Source: Erysipelotrichaceae bacterium
GTDB taxonomy: Bacteria > Bacillota_I > Bacilli_A > Erysipelotrichales > Erysipelotrichaceae
Length of the DNA: 32,000 bases
Assembly (NCBI GenBank): GCA_963676105.1
Contig: OY781039.1
Location: 780,001-812,000, forward strand
Direction of reading: 5' to 3'
Part shown: positions 7,697 to 16,091 of the stretch, one piece after another
Layout: the number at the start of each line of letters is the position of its first letter
Position numbering within the stretch: the first letter of the stretch is position 1
Notes under the pieces: generated by a model
The model's input: only the letters and a program-made list of their open reading frames with translations
The model's database searches: none
Told to the model about the DNA's origin: nothing
Translations under genes and position numbers: made by a program

Positions 7697-7705
7697 TGTT
7701 AAACT
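7697..7705 (+). promoter_or_regulatory. Extended -10 (TGtTAAACT) ending 6 nt before the SD-less ATG at 7712
   Basis: The plus strand reads ctaTGtTAAACT-ttaaat-ATG. Confidence 0.4.
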
Positions 7706-7711
7706 TTAAAT

Positions 7712-8515
7712 ATGGAAAAAATAAAACTCGCAATATTCGATATCGATGGCACACTTCTTAAGTGGGGTTCTGATACCATCGAAGCGTCTACGGTAGACGC
7801 CATTCACAAACTCAAAGAAAAAGGCGTTGAAGTCTTAGTTGCCACAGGCCGTGCATTCTACTTTATCAAACCACATGTTAGAGAAGTATTAGACTGTGAT
7901 TACTATGTGACCATTAATGGTGCATGTTTACTCAACTCAAAAGGTGAAGTCTTAAAAGAACATATTATAAAAGATGAAGATGTTCAATATGTATCAAGCT
8001 TAGTGGACAAATACAAAGCATCCATGGCTTTAAAAACCTCTAAACAGATGATTATTTATCGTGATTATCCTCACTTCTCAAAATTTTATGGTAATGGCTT
8101 TACGATGGATAACCTCTTTATCGATGATAGTGATAATCGACAATATCATAATGAAGTCGAGAGCGCTAAAGGTATCTTTGTCTATAGTGATAAACAGAGT
8201 GAACTGGTTGAAGCATTAAGACAAAATAAAAACCTACTGGTTCATGCAGTAGGTGAATTTGGCATTGATGTTTTCTCTAAAGACAGTGATAAAATCCATG
8301 GCATTGAAGAAGTCATTCAAATGGCAGGACTCGATTGGTCTAACACAATTGCCTTTGGCGATGAAGATAACGACTTAGGCATGATTGAAAAAACTCAAAT
8401 TGGGGTTGCCATGGGTAATGGCAGTATCAAGATGAAAGAAACGGCGGATTATGTCACCGCAAATGTGGATGAAGGTGGCATAGAGAAAGCTTTAAAACAC
8501 TTTAAACTTATTTAA
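7712..8515 (+). CDS. Cof-type HAD-IIB phosphatase
   Basis: LAIFDIDGTLL, VATGR and GDEDNDLGM motifs. 267 aa with a cap domain typical of Cof/YbiV-like enzymes. Confidence 0.85.
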   Translation: MEKIKLAIFDIDGTLLKWGSDTIEASTVDAIHKLKEKGVEVLVATGRAFYFIKPHVREVLDCDYYVTINGACLLNSKGEVLKEHIIKDEDVQYVSSLVDKYKASMALKTSKQMIIYRDYPHFSKFYGNGFTMDNLFIDDSDNRQYHNEVESAKGIFVYSDKQSELVEALRQNKNLLVHAVGEFGIDVFSKDSDKIHGIEEVIQMAGLDWSNTIAFGDEDNDLGMIEKTQIGVAMGNGSIKMKETADYVTANVDEGGIEKALKHFKLI

Positions 8516-9813
8516 TTTTTCTTTAAGACAACGACTGTTTCAAGTAGGGCTGTTTGCGAAAAGAAATCAAAAGGCTGTATCGATTCTATGCGATAGAGCT
8601 TTTTTAAATCCTTTAAGTTTTTGGCCAGTGTACTTGGATTACACGATACATAAACAATCTTTTTAGCTGGATTCTTTAATAAGACTTGAATCATTGAATC
8701 ATCTAACCCAGAACGTGGAGGATCAACGACGACGACTTTATCTTTTAGTTTTACTTTTTTAAGTTCAAAAGCCGCATCATTGGCCACAAACTTTGCATTC
8801 TTGATTTCATTCAATTTGGCATTACGATTTGCGGCATAGATAGAATCTTTATTGAGTTCGATACCTAATACAGACTCACACTTTTTAGCTAACATTAAAC
8901 TAAGTGTACCTACTCCGCAATAAACATCTACCACATCTTCTTTCGCATCTATTTGGTCTACCACATATTCAAAAAGTCTTTGTGCTTGAGCTGGATTAAG
9001 TTGGAAGAAGGCTGTAGGAAGAAGTTCTAAGACTAAACCTGCATAATCAAAACGCAAGGTTTTAAAACCAGCCTTATGTTCAACACTTTTCCCAAAAGTT
9101 TCAACACTTTTTTTAGATGAATGAAGTGAATGATAAACCGAACTAATACCTTCAATGTCTGCAATCTCATCAAAGACACGCTGATTAATTTGATCTTTAC
9201 CACTGACAATCGTCACTTGGGTAAAGCCATCAAAATGACGCATAACTAAGGTTCTTAAACCTTGTTTTGCGGGTGGATTAAAAATGTCTAAGTGATGTTT
9301 ATTTAAGACTTTTAAAATTTCTTTGCGTTGCTTTTCTATAATCGGTTCATGAATGATACAAGTATCCACACTGACCATGTGATTGGTTCCACTCTTATAT
9401 AAACCATTTTCTAAAACCTTACGTTTTTCAAATGGCATCTTAATCGCATTACGATAGCCTAAGGGACTAGGATTCGTGATAATATCATTGATTAAATTAA
9501 AGTCAAAGCGACCATTGTATTTAAGGATACTTTGTTTAAGATTTTCTCGTTTAAGATAAATTTGATGTTTATAATCCGCAATCATTAAAGGACAGCCACC
9601 ACATTGACTTTGTACCTTACATTTTGGATGGACACGATATTTAGATGCCTTTTGAATAGATTTAAGTTCGCCAATGGCGTAACGACCCTTATCTTCAACA
9701 ATGTCTGCATCGACTTCTTCTGTAGGGAGTGCTTGTGATATAAAAATCGGCTTTTGTTTCCAATAACCGATTCCTTCCCCATTGATACCTGATTTTTCGA
9801 TTTTGATTTTCAT
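8512..9813 (-). CDS. 23S rRNA (uracil-C5)-methyltransferase, RumA/RlmCD family
   Basis: N-terminal TRAM-like segment, Cys cluster HPKCKVQSQCGGCPLM, SAM motif VDVYCGVGT, DPPRSG and the catalytic VSCNPST. Confidence 0.9.
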   Translation of the reverse strand: MKIKIEKSGINGEGIGYWKQKPIFISQALPTEEVDADIVEDKGRYAIGELKSIQKASKYRVHPKCKVQSQCGGCPLMIADYKHQIYLKRENLKQSILKYNGRFDFNLINDIITNPSPLGYRNAIKMPFEKRKVLENGLYKSGTNHMVSVDTCIIHEPIIEKQRKEILKVLNKHHLDIFNPPAKQGLRTLVMRHFDGFTQVTIVSGKDQINQRVFDEIADIEGISSVYHSLHSSKKSVETFGKSVEHKAGFKTLRFDYAGLVLELLPTAFFQLNPAQAQRLFEYVVDQIDAKEDVVDVYCGVGTLSLMLAKKCESVLGIELNKDSIYAANRNAKLNEIKNAKFVANDAAFELKKVKLKDKVVVVDPPRSGLDDSMIQVLLKNPAKKIVYVSCNPSTLAKNLKDLKKLYRIESIQPFDFFSQTALLETVVVLKKN

Positions 9814-9814
9814 A

Positions 9815-10204
9815 TTAATCCGTTATTGCCCATGAAGGGACTTCGTCTGAGCGACGAATAAGTACTGCTTTTTGATAATCTGTTTGATTCACGAAGCGAA
9901 GAATCTTATCTTCTTCTTCAGCGCTACAACCCACTAAAAATTTGACTTCAATATCTTTGTTTAAAATATCAGCCGCCACTAAAACCGCATTGACATGATG
10001 CGCTGTGATCGAGCCTTTAAACATTTGAATCCCTTGTTGATCAGGAGACAATGTGTCTTGTAAAGTCCCATAATTCACCGGATAAATTAAGCTTTTATCT
10101 TCAGGATGAGTACTTCCTGCAGCTTGTTTAAGTTCAAAAGATGACGCAAGTAATAATGTATCTAGTTTTTGCCAAAAAAAAGCGTTGTTTTCAATTGAGT
10201 TCAT
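9815..10204 (-). CDS. Conserved hypothetical protein (weak resemblance to small proteins annotated as inorganic-diphosphatase-like)
   Basis: 129-aa ORF with SD GAGGTG upstream. The motif GSTHPEDKSLIYPVNYGTLQDTLSPD resembles an HP...YPxNYG pattern. Its stop is 1 nt from the start of the rRNA methyltransferase gene. Function is not established. Confidence 0.5.
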   Translation of the reverse strand: MNSIENNAFFWQKLDTLLLASSFELKQAAGSTHPEDKSLIYPVNYGTLQDTLSPDQQGIQMFKGSITAHHVNAVLVAADILNKDIEVKFLVGCSAEEEDKILRFVNQTDYQKAVLIRRSDEVPSWAITD

Positions 10205-10333
10205 AGCACACCTCGATTTGTTGTATTTAACATTTTAAGTGATGTAGGAAACAATGTAAAGAATTTCATTTTCCCAGTGCTAAAACAAAAAGCCACCCTA
10301 ACAAAATTGTCCTTCATGCACGATCAATATTCT

Positions 10334-10364
10334 TAAAAAAAAGTAAATCAGTTACGATTTACTT
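10334..10364 (-). terminator. Intrinsic terminator after the 10367-10711 gene
   Basis: Perfect 9-bp stem AAGTAAATC/GATTTACTT (10341-10349 / 10356-10364) with a 6-nt loop. An A-run at 10335-10340 gives a T-run on the minus strand. The hairpin starts 3 nt after the stop. Confidence 0.7.
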
Positions 10365-10366
10365 TT

Positions 10367-10711
10367 TTATTTAAACAATTTTTTTCGAGTATCATCGACT
10401 TTTTCAAAAATGCCTTTTCTTGTGATGAGCGAAATCCCCACTAAGATGATGAGAATTGGCAATACAAGTTGTGACGTTGAAACACCAACAAGTAATCCCA
10501 TATTTTGCAGTAGGAATATAACCCCTACAATTAATAAGGCAGATGAGAATAAAAAGTCTTGGCTCTTTTTAGAAAGCCCAATTAAACCTAAAACAATCAA
10601 GATTAAACTCACACTATACTCAGAAAAATTAATATTTGGGTATACCTGTAATACATCTAATAAATACAATACACTGACCACAATCAACAAAGATGCAAAT
10701 GTTTTTCTCAT
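10367..10711 (-). CDS. Small polytopic membrane protein (LiaF/LiaI-like TM region at best), function unknown
   Basis: 114 aa with 3-4 TM spans, a strong SD AGGAGGAAG and its own promoter TTGCAT-17-TAATAT. Confidence 0.6.
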   Translation of the reverse strand: MRKTFASLLIVVSVLYLLDVLQVYPNINFSEYSVSLILIVLGLIGLSKKSQDFLFSSALLIVGVIFLLQNMGLLVGVSTSQLVLPILIILVGISLITRKGIFEKVDDTRKKLFK

Positions 10712-10735
10712 TTTAACTTCCTCCTATTATGTAGT

Positions 10736-10760
10736 CATATTAATACATATTAATACATTA
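10736..10760. repeat. Tandem direct repeat, 2.5 copies of CATATTAATA (10-bp period)
   Basis: CATATTAATA at 10736-10745 and 10746-10755, then CATTA at 10756-10760. It covers the spacer and -10 of the predicted promoter of the 10711 gene. Confidence 0.8.
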
Positions 10761-10780
10761 TGCAAGTTCTGTCCCTTTTT

Positions 10781-11338
10781 TCATAACCGTCGTTTTTTTA
10801 AATGTAATAGAGAAATCCATTCTTCTAAGTCAAAGACTTGGCTATCAATCATGGAATAGAGCGCAATCATCGCACTTCCCTTCGCATCTGATAGGGCTTC
10901 ATGATGGTTTAACTTTACCCCTAAAAAATCACAAACCGTATTTAACTTATGATTTGGAAGAAACGGATATGCCTTACGAGATACTTCTAAAGAATCAATG
11001 TATTGAAGTTTCGGTTTTTGAAGTCCATAGGTTTCAATTAAGCTTCTTAAAACAGCCATATCAAAGTTGGCATTATGCGCCATTAAAATAGAACCTTCAA
11101 ATAAATCCAAAAGTTCTGTATAAACACTCGCAAAGTTTGGCGCATCATGTACCATATTTGGTGTAATTTGATGAATACTTATATTAAAGCGATCAAAGTG
11201 ATCATAAGCAGGATGAGGTTGAAGTAAAGACACCCATTCTTTTAAGATCACACCATCTTCAATGACTAAAACGCCTAAACTACAGGCGGAAGACATATGA
11301 CGATTAGCTGTTTCAAAATCAAGGACACATAGTTTCAT
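10781..11338 (-). CDS. DEDDh 3'-5' exonuclease (DnaQ/PolIII-epsilon-like)
   Basis: LDFETAN (Exo I), AHNANFDMAVL (Exo II) and HHEALSDAKGSA (Exo III, H-type) motifs. Confidence 0.85.
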   Translation of the reverse strand: MKLCVLDFETANRHMSSACSLGVLVIEDGVILKEWVSLLQPHPAYDHFDRFNISIHQITPNMVHDAPNFASVYTELLDLFEGSILMAHNANFDMAVLRSLIETYGLQKPKLQYIDSLEVSRKAYPFLPNHKLNTVCDFLGVKLNHHEALSDAKGSAMIALYSMIDSQVFDLEEWISLLHLKKRRL

Positions 11339-12669
11339 AATTCATTAACCCTTTGAATCGTTAACGCTAAGAATATCACATAGTAAGGTGTCGTATAAAT
11401 CATCGTATTTCCAAACATGGAAGAGATAAAATAACTTAGTGCGATGCTAAAAATTGAAAGACTGATTAAATTTATGTTCTTAAAATGCTTAATCATTTTA
11501 ATCAAAGTTGAAACTAAGGCAGATAGATATAAGAGAGCTGATATTAATCCCATACTAGTCGCAAATTGAATGAGTTCGTTATGCGGACGATCAATGGATA
11601 TATTAACGAGTTCATATTGTTTCGCTAGATTATCAATACCATATCCAAAGAGTGGTCTTTGTTTAATAAATTCAATTCCATTAACCCATAGTTGCCAGCG
11701 CGCTGAACCAGCTAAGCCAACATCATCTGCTTCTTCAATAATATTGCCAATATCATTCCCTAATCTAAAAAAATCATTCAATAATCTTTGACTAAATAAA
11801 TTGCTTAGCAAAAGCGTTATTGTAAAAGCTATTAATAAAATCCATAAGTATTTTTGATGTAGCACATGACTCATTTTCAAGAGAATGACAAGTGTACTTA
11901 TTCCAACTATCACCGCCAACATTGGCCCAAATGATCCATTAAAACTCAAGGCAGATACTAAGCCTACAAAGATAAATAAATAGATAATCTTCAATTCATT
12001 TAAGTACAGATAAGCTGAAGCCATAATGGCCATTGATAAATAATAAGCAAAGTGATTTTGATTAAAGAATACAGAGGTTTTAAATGAAATATTAAAAAAT
12101 GAATTGATGGCTTCACTATTAATAAACATCAATAAAACTAGAAAACTTGCGACAAAAATAAAGAATTTTAATAATGTAGTCATATATTTCTTTTCTTTAA
12201 TTTGAGTGGCTAAAATAAATATTCCTGTATACATTAAATAAGCATATAAGCCTTCTTGGCGATGGGTATTGCCCATCCATGTCAAATCTTTTTCTGTGTT
12301 AACTAAAAATGAAAGGATAGCCCAAATGATAAATAAAGCTAATAAGATAAATTCTAGATGTCTAATACTCAATCTAAATGTTTTTCTTTTTAAGTGAATT
12401 ATAACTAAGATAAATCCCACACCTAAGCCCATTAAACCCACTTGAATAAGTAGCGTTTGCCAATAGGAAATACGATGCATATTATTCAATAAAAGTGTAA
12501 ATGGATCTTCATTAACTGCTTCTTGTAGATGAAACAGAATAAATAGTGGACTCAATATCCAATAGATTAAGACAAAAAAAGAAAATCTTTGTATTCCTTT
12601 TGGATGTATAAAATCAATGAGTTCATCGATTGTTTCAAGTTTTTGAATTTGTTTCCAAACGTTCAACAT
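11335..12669 (-). CDS. O-antigen ligase/polymerase-like membrane protein (Wzy_C type)
   Basis: 444 aa with more than 10 TM spans. A periplasmic-loop motif RPHNELIQFATSMGLI is typical of the O-antigen ligase family. ATGA overlap with the downstream exonuclease gene. Confidence 0.75.
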   Translation of the reverse strand: MLNVWKQIQKLETIDELIDFIHPKGIQRFSFFVLIYWILSPLFILFHLQEAVNEDPFTLLLNNMHRISYWQTLLIQVGLMGLGVGFILVIIHLKRKTFRLSIRHLEFILLALFIIWAILSFLVNTEKDLTWMGNTHRQEGLYAYLMYTGIFILATQIKEKKYMTTLLKFFIFVASFLVLLMFINSEAINSFFNISFKTSVFFNQNHFAYYLSMAIMASAYLYLNELKIIYLFIFVGLVSALSFNGSFGPMLAVIVGISTLVILLKMSHVLHQKYLWILLIAFTITLLLSNLFSQRLLNDFFRLGNDIGNIIEEADDVGLAGSARWQLWVNGIEFIKQRPLFGYGIDNLAKQYELVNISIDRPHNELIQFATSMGLISALLYLSALVSTLIKMIKHFKNINLISLSIFSIALSYFISSMFGNTMIYTTPYYVIFLALTIQRVNEL

Positions 12670-12675
12670 ATCTCT

Positions 12676-12681
12676 ATTGTA
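12676..12681 (-). promoter_or_regulatory. -10 hexamer TACAAT ending 6 nt before the SD-less ATG at 12669
   Basis: The minus strand reads aggTACAAT-agagat-ATG. Confidence 0.35.
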
Positions 12682-12818
12682 CCTAAAAAATTAAACATAA
12701 AGCTTACTACCTTTGGACTATTTATTTATCCTAGAATATATCGCAAAATGGTATTAAGAAAATAAGCGTAGCTTGTGGATTTTTATTAAGCGCTTTATTT
12801 TAAAACCAAGGAGTTTTT

Positions 12819-13220
12819 ATGAAAACATTTTTAAATGATTTTAAAGCCTTTATCCATCGTGGTAATGTGATTGATTTAGCGGTTGCGGTTGTTTTAGGAG
12901 CTGCCTTTAATAAGATTGTTTCTTCCTTTGTGAATGATGTCTTAATGCCGCTTATTTCAATTTTATTAGGTGGTTTTAGTTTTACAGAACTTGTCTATGT
13001 GATTAGTGAGGCAACAGAAACAACTGAAGCTGTGACTTTAAACTATGGTTTGTTTATTCAAAACATTGTTGATTTTGTGATTATTGCTTTCTCAATCTTT
13101 GTGGTCATTCGGGTCTTTGCGAAGTTTGAGAAAAAACAAGCCGTTGAAGAAGAAAAAGCACCCACAGAAAATGAACTGTCAGTGCTTAAAGACATTAAAG
13201 ATTTACTCGAAAAGCGATAG
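12819..13220 (+). CDS. mscL: Large-conductance mechanosensitive channel
   Basis: FKAFIHRGNVIDLAVAVVLGAAFNKIVSSFVNDVLMPLI is the MscL signature. SD AAGGAG lies 6 nt upstream. Confidence 0.95.
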   Translation: MKTFLNDFKAFIHRGNVIDLAVAVVLGAAFNKIVSSFVNDVLMPLISILLGGFSFTELVYVISEATETTEAVTLNYGLFIQNIVDFVIIAFSIFVVIRVFAKFEKKQAVEEEKAPTENELSVLKDIKDLLEKR

Positions 13221-13236
13221 AAATATCGTTTTTTTT
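13214..13236 (+). terminator. Short intrinsic terminator after mscL
   Basis: CGATA-GAAA-TATCG followed by TTTTTTTT. The 5' arm of the hairpin and the start of the loop overlap the last mscL codon and its TAG stop. The stem is only 5 bp, so confidence is moderate. Confidence 0.5.
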
Positions 13237-14419
13237 AGCTAAAATTAAACATCAACCACTCAGGTCTAAGTACCATAAGTATCGCAATCGCTATCATAAG
13301 TATTCCACCCACAAGATGAGCGGTTCGAGCATATTTAGTCGACATCCCTGTAAGTTCTGATGTCTTCATTGCGAGTATAAAAATGACCACATCATCTAAG
13401 ATGAAGAAGAAAATATAGATCAACATGTAAATGCTTGTCTCAATAAAATTTAAATGATTTAAACTTAATACTTGGGTAAATAAAACAGGTAATCCAGCAG
13501 AACAAATCATTTCTACTAAGTTAACAGAAATAGCTAGAACGATAATACCCACAACCGCTAGGGCAAAGACTGGTTCTTTAGCAATTTGTTTAAGACGGGT
13601 ACTGACTTTTTTACGTTGCTTATCATCCATGACTTCACAACCTGCTTTAGTCGTGAGGTAGCGATGAATATTATAAGCACCACCAATTAAGGCAATAACG
13701 GCGATTAATAATCGAATCCAAGATAGGGTTCCAAAAAGCAAGGTAATATTTAACCACGACACCATAAAGAAGAGATACATAATGGCTGTGGTAGCCAAGA
13801 ATATAAAACCTAAAAAATAGCGTTTCCAACGCTCTTCGATATGAAACAACATCGAGATTAAAAGTAATAATACCCACATCGCACAAGGGTTAAAACCATC
13901 AAGTGCACCAATAACTACAGCTAATATTGGGAGTGAAATGCTTTTTGCCTCAACTTTACCAAAAAATGGGAGTGTCACAACAGATGATTCTTGTAGCTGT
14001 GCATCACTGACATCAACAATGCCTAAGACTTCACCAATGACATCTTTAATGACATTATTTTTCGCATAATCAATCTCATCTACTATGACTTGATCTGTTG
14101 TTCCTTCGACAAAACCGACGATCACTTTTTGCCCAATCACTAAACTTGGTGTCATCGTGATTTCTGTAGGAAGGAGCTCTGAAATTTCTTCGACAAAAGC
14201 TTGATTGTCTTTATCAAAGGCAATTTCATAGGAATGCAGGATTAAACTGCTATCTTCTTCAATTAAAGCATCTAAAAAAGCTTCCTCTAAAGCACAGGTT
14301 GAACAACCTTGGGCATGGAAGTAATATAAATGAACTTCTTTATCTTGCGCTTGTACCTCTAAGACAAGTGTAAATACAAAAGCTAAAGTAAGAAATAAAA
14401 AACTAAGTTTGCGACGCAT
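13235..14419 (-). CDS. Exported thioredoxin-fold (CxxC) domain fused to a CcdA/DsbD-like polytopic membrane domain
   Basis: Signal peptide MRRKLSFLFLTLAFVFTLVLEVQA, then HAQGCSTCALEE (CxxC) in a ~130-aa domain. This is followed by a 6-7 TM region with one Cys in each of two TM segments (DGFNPCAMWVL and EMICSAGLP), as in CcdA/DsbD electron-transfer cores. Confidence 0.65.
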   Translation of the reverse strand: MRRKLSFLFLTLAFVFTLVLEVQAQDKEVHLYYFHAQGCSTCALEEAFLDALIEEDSSLILHSYEIAFDKDNQAFVEEISELLPTEITMTPSLVIGQKVIVGFVEGTTDQVIVDEIDYAKNNVIKDVIGEVLGIVDVSDAQLQESSVVTLPFFGKVEAKSISLPILAVVIGALDGFNPCAMWVLLLLISMLFHIEERWKRYFLGFIFLATTAIMYLFFMVSWLNITLLFGTLSWIRLLIAVIALIGGAYNIHRYLTTKAGCEVMDDKQRKKVSTRLKQIAKEPVFALAVVGIIVLAISVNLVEMICSAGLPVLFTQVLSLNHLNFIETSIYMLIYIFFFILDDVVIFILAMKTSELTGMSTKYARTAHLVGGILMIAIAILMVLRPEWLMFNFS

Positions 14420-14666
14420 CTAAGAGTCCTTTCTCAAGTTGCGCTAAATCACATTCACCTTCAAGACGTAGAACTTCTTTTCCATCATTTTCAAAAATAA
14501 TGACAGGTAAAACCTTTTGTACATTGTAGTTTTCTGCTTCATCATCTAGATCTAAATCATAGTGAATGATTGTAAGTTCTGGGTGGGCGGATGCGAATGC
14601 TTTAAATGTTTTTTTCATATATAAACAAGCATTACACCATAGCGCACTTATTATAATAACTGACAT
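14403..14666 (-). CDS. Small thioredoxin-like protein (WCNAC active site)
   Basis: 87 aa, MSVIIISALWCNACLYMKK..., with no signal peptide. It overlaps the downstream membrane-protein gene by 17 nt. Confidence 0.75.
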   Translation of the reverse strand: MSVIIISALWCNACLYMKKTFKAFASAHPELTIIHYDLDLDDEAENYNVQKVLPVIIFENDGKEVLRLEGECDLAQLEKGLLDASQT

Positions 14667-14667
14667 C

Positions 14668-15759
14668 TTAGAATATTTCCTTAATTGTGTTCACAAAATC
14701 ATCAATTTCTTTTTGACTTGTTAAGTGTGAAAGAGAAATGCGATAGGATGTTTTCGCATAGTCTGTATTTTGAGTCAGTGCAAAAACTGACTTAGAAAAC
14801 TCCTCTTGTCCACTGCACGCTGATTTAGAAGACAGATAAAAACCTTTATCTGATAGTTTCATTAAATCCTTTTCAGGTATAGAGTCTTTAATTGAGATAT
14901 TAAAAATATGAGGGATAGAGTGCTGTGTTGAATTAATATGAATATTATCTAAATCCTTGAGTGAGTCTCTAAGATATTGATTGAGTTCTTTTACTATATC
15001 AATTCTTTCATCTAAGTTTGTATAAGCAAGTTCAATGGCCTTCGCAAAAGACGCTAATAAAGCATTCGTTGGTGTAGAAGATCTAAAAGCTGTAAAACTA
15101 TGACCCCCATGAAGTAGCGGTACTAACTTTACATTTTTCTTTTTAATTAAAGCACCAATGCCTTTGGGTCCATATATCTTATGGGCAGACATCGAAACTA
15201 AATCCATATCACAAAAATCGATATGACACTTACCTAAGGCTTGAGTCGCATCACAATGAAATAATACCTTGTGTTCTTTACACCACTGAGCAATGGCTTC
15301 TACAGGTTGTCGTATACCTGTTTCAGAATCCACAGCCACACAAGAAATCATTAAAGTATCATTTCTAACTAATGATTCTAATTGTGAAAGATCATATAAA
15401 CCATTTTCATCCAAAGGTATAAAGTCAATGTCTATATCTTGTGAAGCAATTGCGCCAACGATAGAAGCATGTTCATATTCTGATGTGATGATATGTTTTT
15501 TTTGTGGATTTTTAAGTAAACTTCCCTTTATCGCAAAATTATTAGCTTCGACGGCAGAAGATGTAGGAATGAATTCTTCAGCTTGAATGTTTAGTATATG
15601 GGCTATTTTTTGGATGTTCTCATCATTAAAAGCTTTAGATTTTAAACCTAAAGCATGACTCGAATTCGCATTCGCAAAAACGCTTTTTTCCGCATCCACC
15701 CAAGCATCCAATACGTCTGGATCAATGGGCGTCGTAGCTGAATAATCCAAGTAAACCAT
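14668..15759 (-). CDS. Cysteine desulfurase (class V aminotransferase, NifS/IscS-like)
   Basis: VYLDYSATTP N-terminus, PLP-lysine motif SAHKIYGPKGIGAL and catalytic-loop SSKSACSG. Confidence 0.9.
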   Translation of the reverse strand: MVYLDYSATTPIDPDVLDAWVDAEKSVFANANSSHALGLKSKAFNDENIQKIAHILNIQAEEFIPTSSAVEANNFAIKGSLLKNPQKKHIITSEYEHASIVGAIASQDIDIDFIPLDENGLYDLSQLESLVRNDTLMISCVAVDSETGIRQPVEAIAQWCKEHKVLFHCDATQALGKCHIDFCDMDLVSMSAHKIYGPKGIGALIKKKNVKLVPLLHGGHSFTAFRSSTPTNALLASFAKAIELAYTNLDERIDIVKELNQYLRDSLKDLDNIHINSTQHSIPHIFNISIKDSIPEKDLMKLSDKGFYLSSKSACSGQEEFSKSVFALTQNTDYAKTSYRISLSHLTSQKEIDDFVNTIKEIF

Positions 15760-16079
15760 TAGTCAGTGATTACCGCTGTACCAGAACAGGTTACCATCAA
15801 CATGGATCCATTTTGACCTAAGACTTCATAGTCTAAATCGACGCCAACAATCGCGTTGGCACCCATCGCTTTTGCGCGTTGTTCCATTTCACTCATGGCT
15901 TCATTTCTCGCTTGAATCAGTTCACCTTCATAAGAATTTGAACGGCCACCAAAAATATCAGACATGCCAGCCATAAAGTCTTTCACAAAGTTAACCCCTG
16001 TGATGACTTCGCCAACGACAAGTCCTTTATATTCTTGAATGTTTTTTCCTTCAATGTTTGGTGTTGTGGTGATAATCAT
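15759..16079 (-). CDS. YbjQ/UPF0145-family protein (second paralog)
   Basis: [51 protein letters not shown]...[19 protein letters not shown] upstream. TAATG overlap with the cysteine desulfurase start. Confidence 0.85.
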   Translation of the reverse strand: MIITTTPNIEGKNIQEYKGLVVGEVITGVNFVKDFMAGMSDIFGGRSNSYEGELIQARNEAMSEMEQRAKAMGANAIVGVDLDYEVLGQNGSMLMVTCSGTAVITD

Positions 16080-16091
16080 AAATTTGTCTCC

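Noticed and set aside
8480-8540. Search for a terminator between the convergent phosphatase and methyltransferase genes
   Set aside because: Only AT-only TTTAAA-type self-complementary tracts are present. No GC-containing stem with a flanking U-run was found.
10205-10330. 38-codon minus-strand upstream ORF (MKDNFVRVAFCFSTGKMKFF...) ending in ATGA with the 10204 gene start
   Set aside because: The best promoter for the downstream gene (TTTACA-17-TAAAAT) lies inside it. It has no SD or -10 at the right distance, and its composition is unremarkable. It is probably non-coding leader or spacer.
10410-10859. 149-aa + strand ORF spanning a membrane-protein gene, its promoter and the end of the exonuclease gene
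   Set aside because: It runs antisense across two real genes and an intergenic promoter or repeat. It has no SD and no recognisable domain. It is spurious.
12760-12805. Repeated TAAGCG and a short AAGCG/CGCTT stem plus TATTTT in the mscL leader as an attenuator
   Set aside because: The stem is only 5 bp with a long loop and a weak U-tract. This is within chance expectation for the region.
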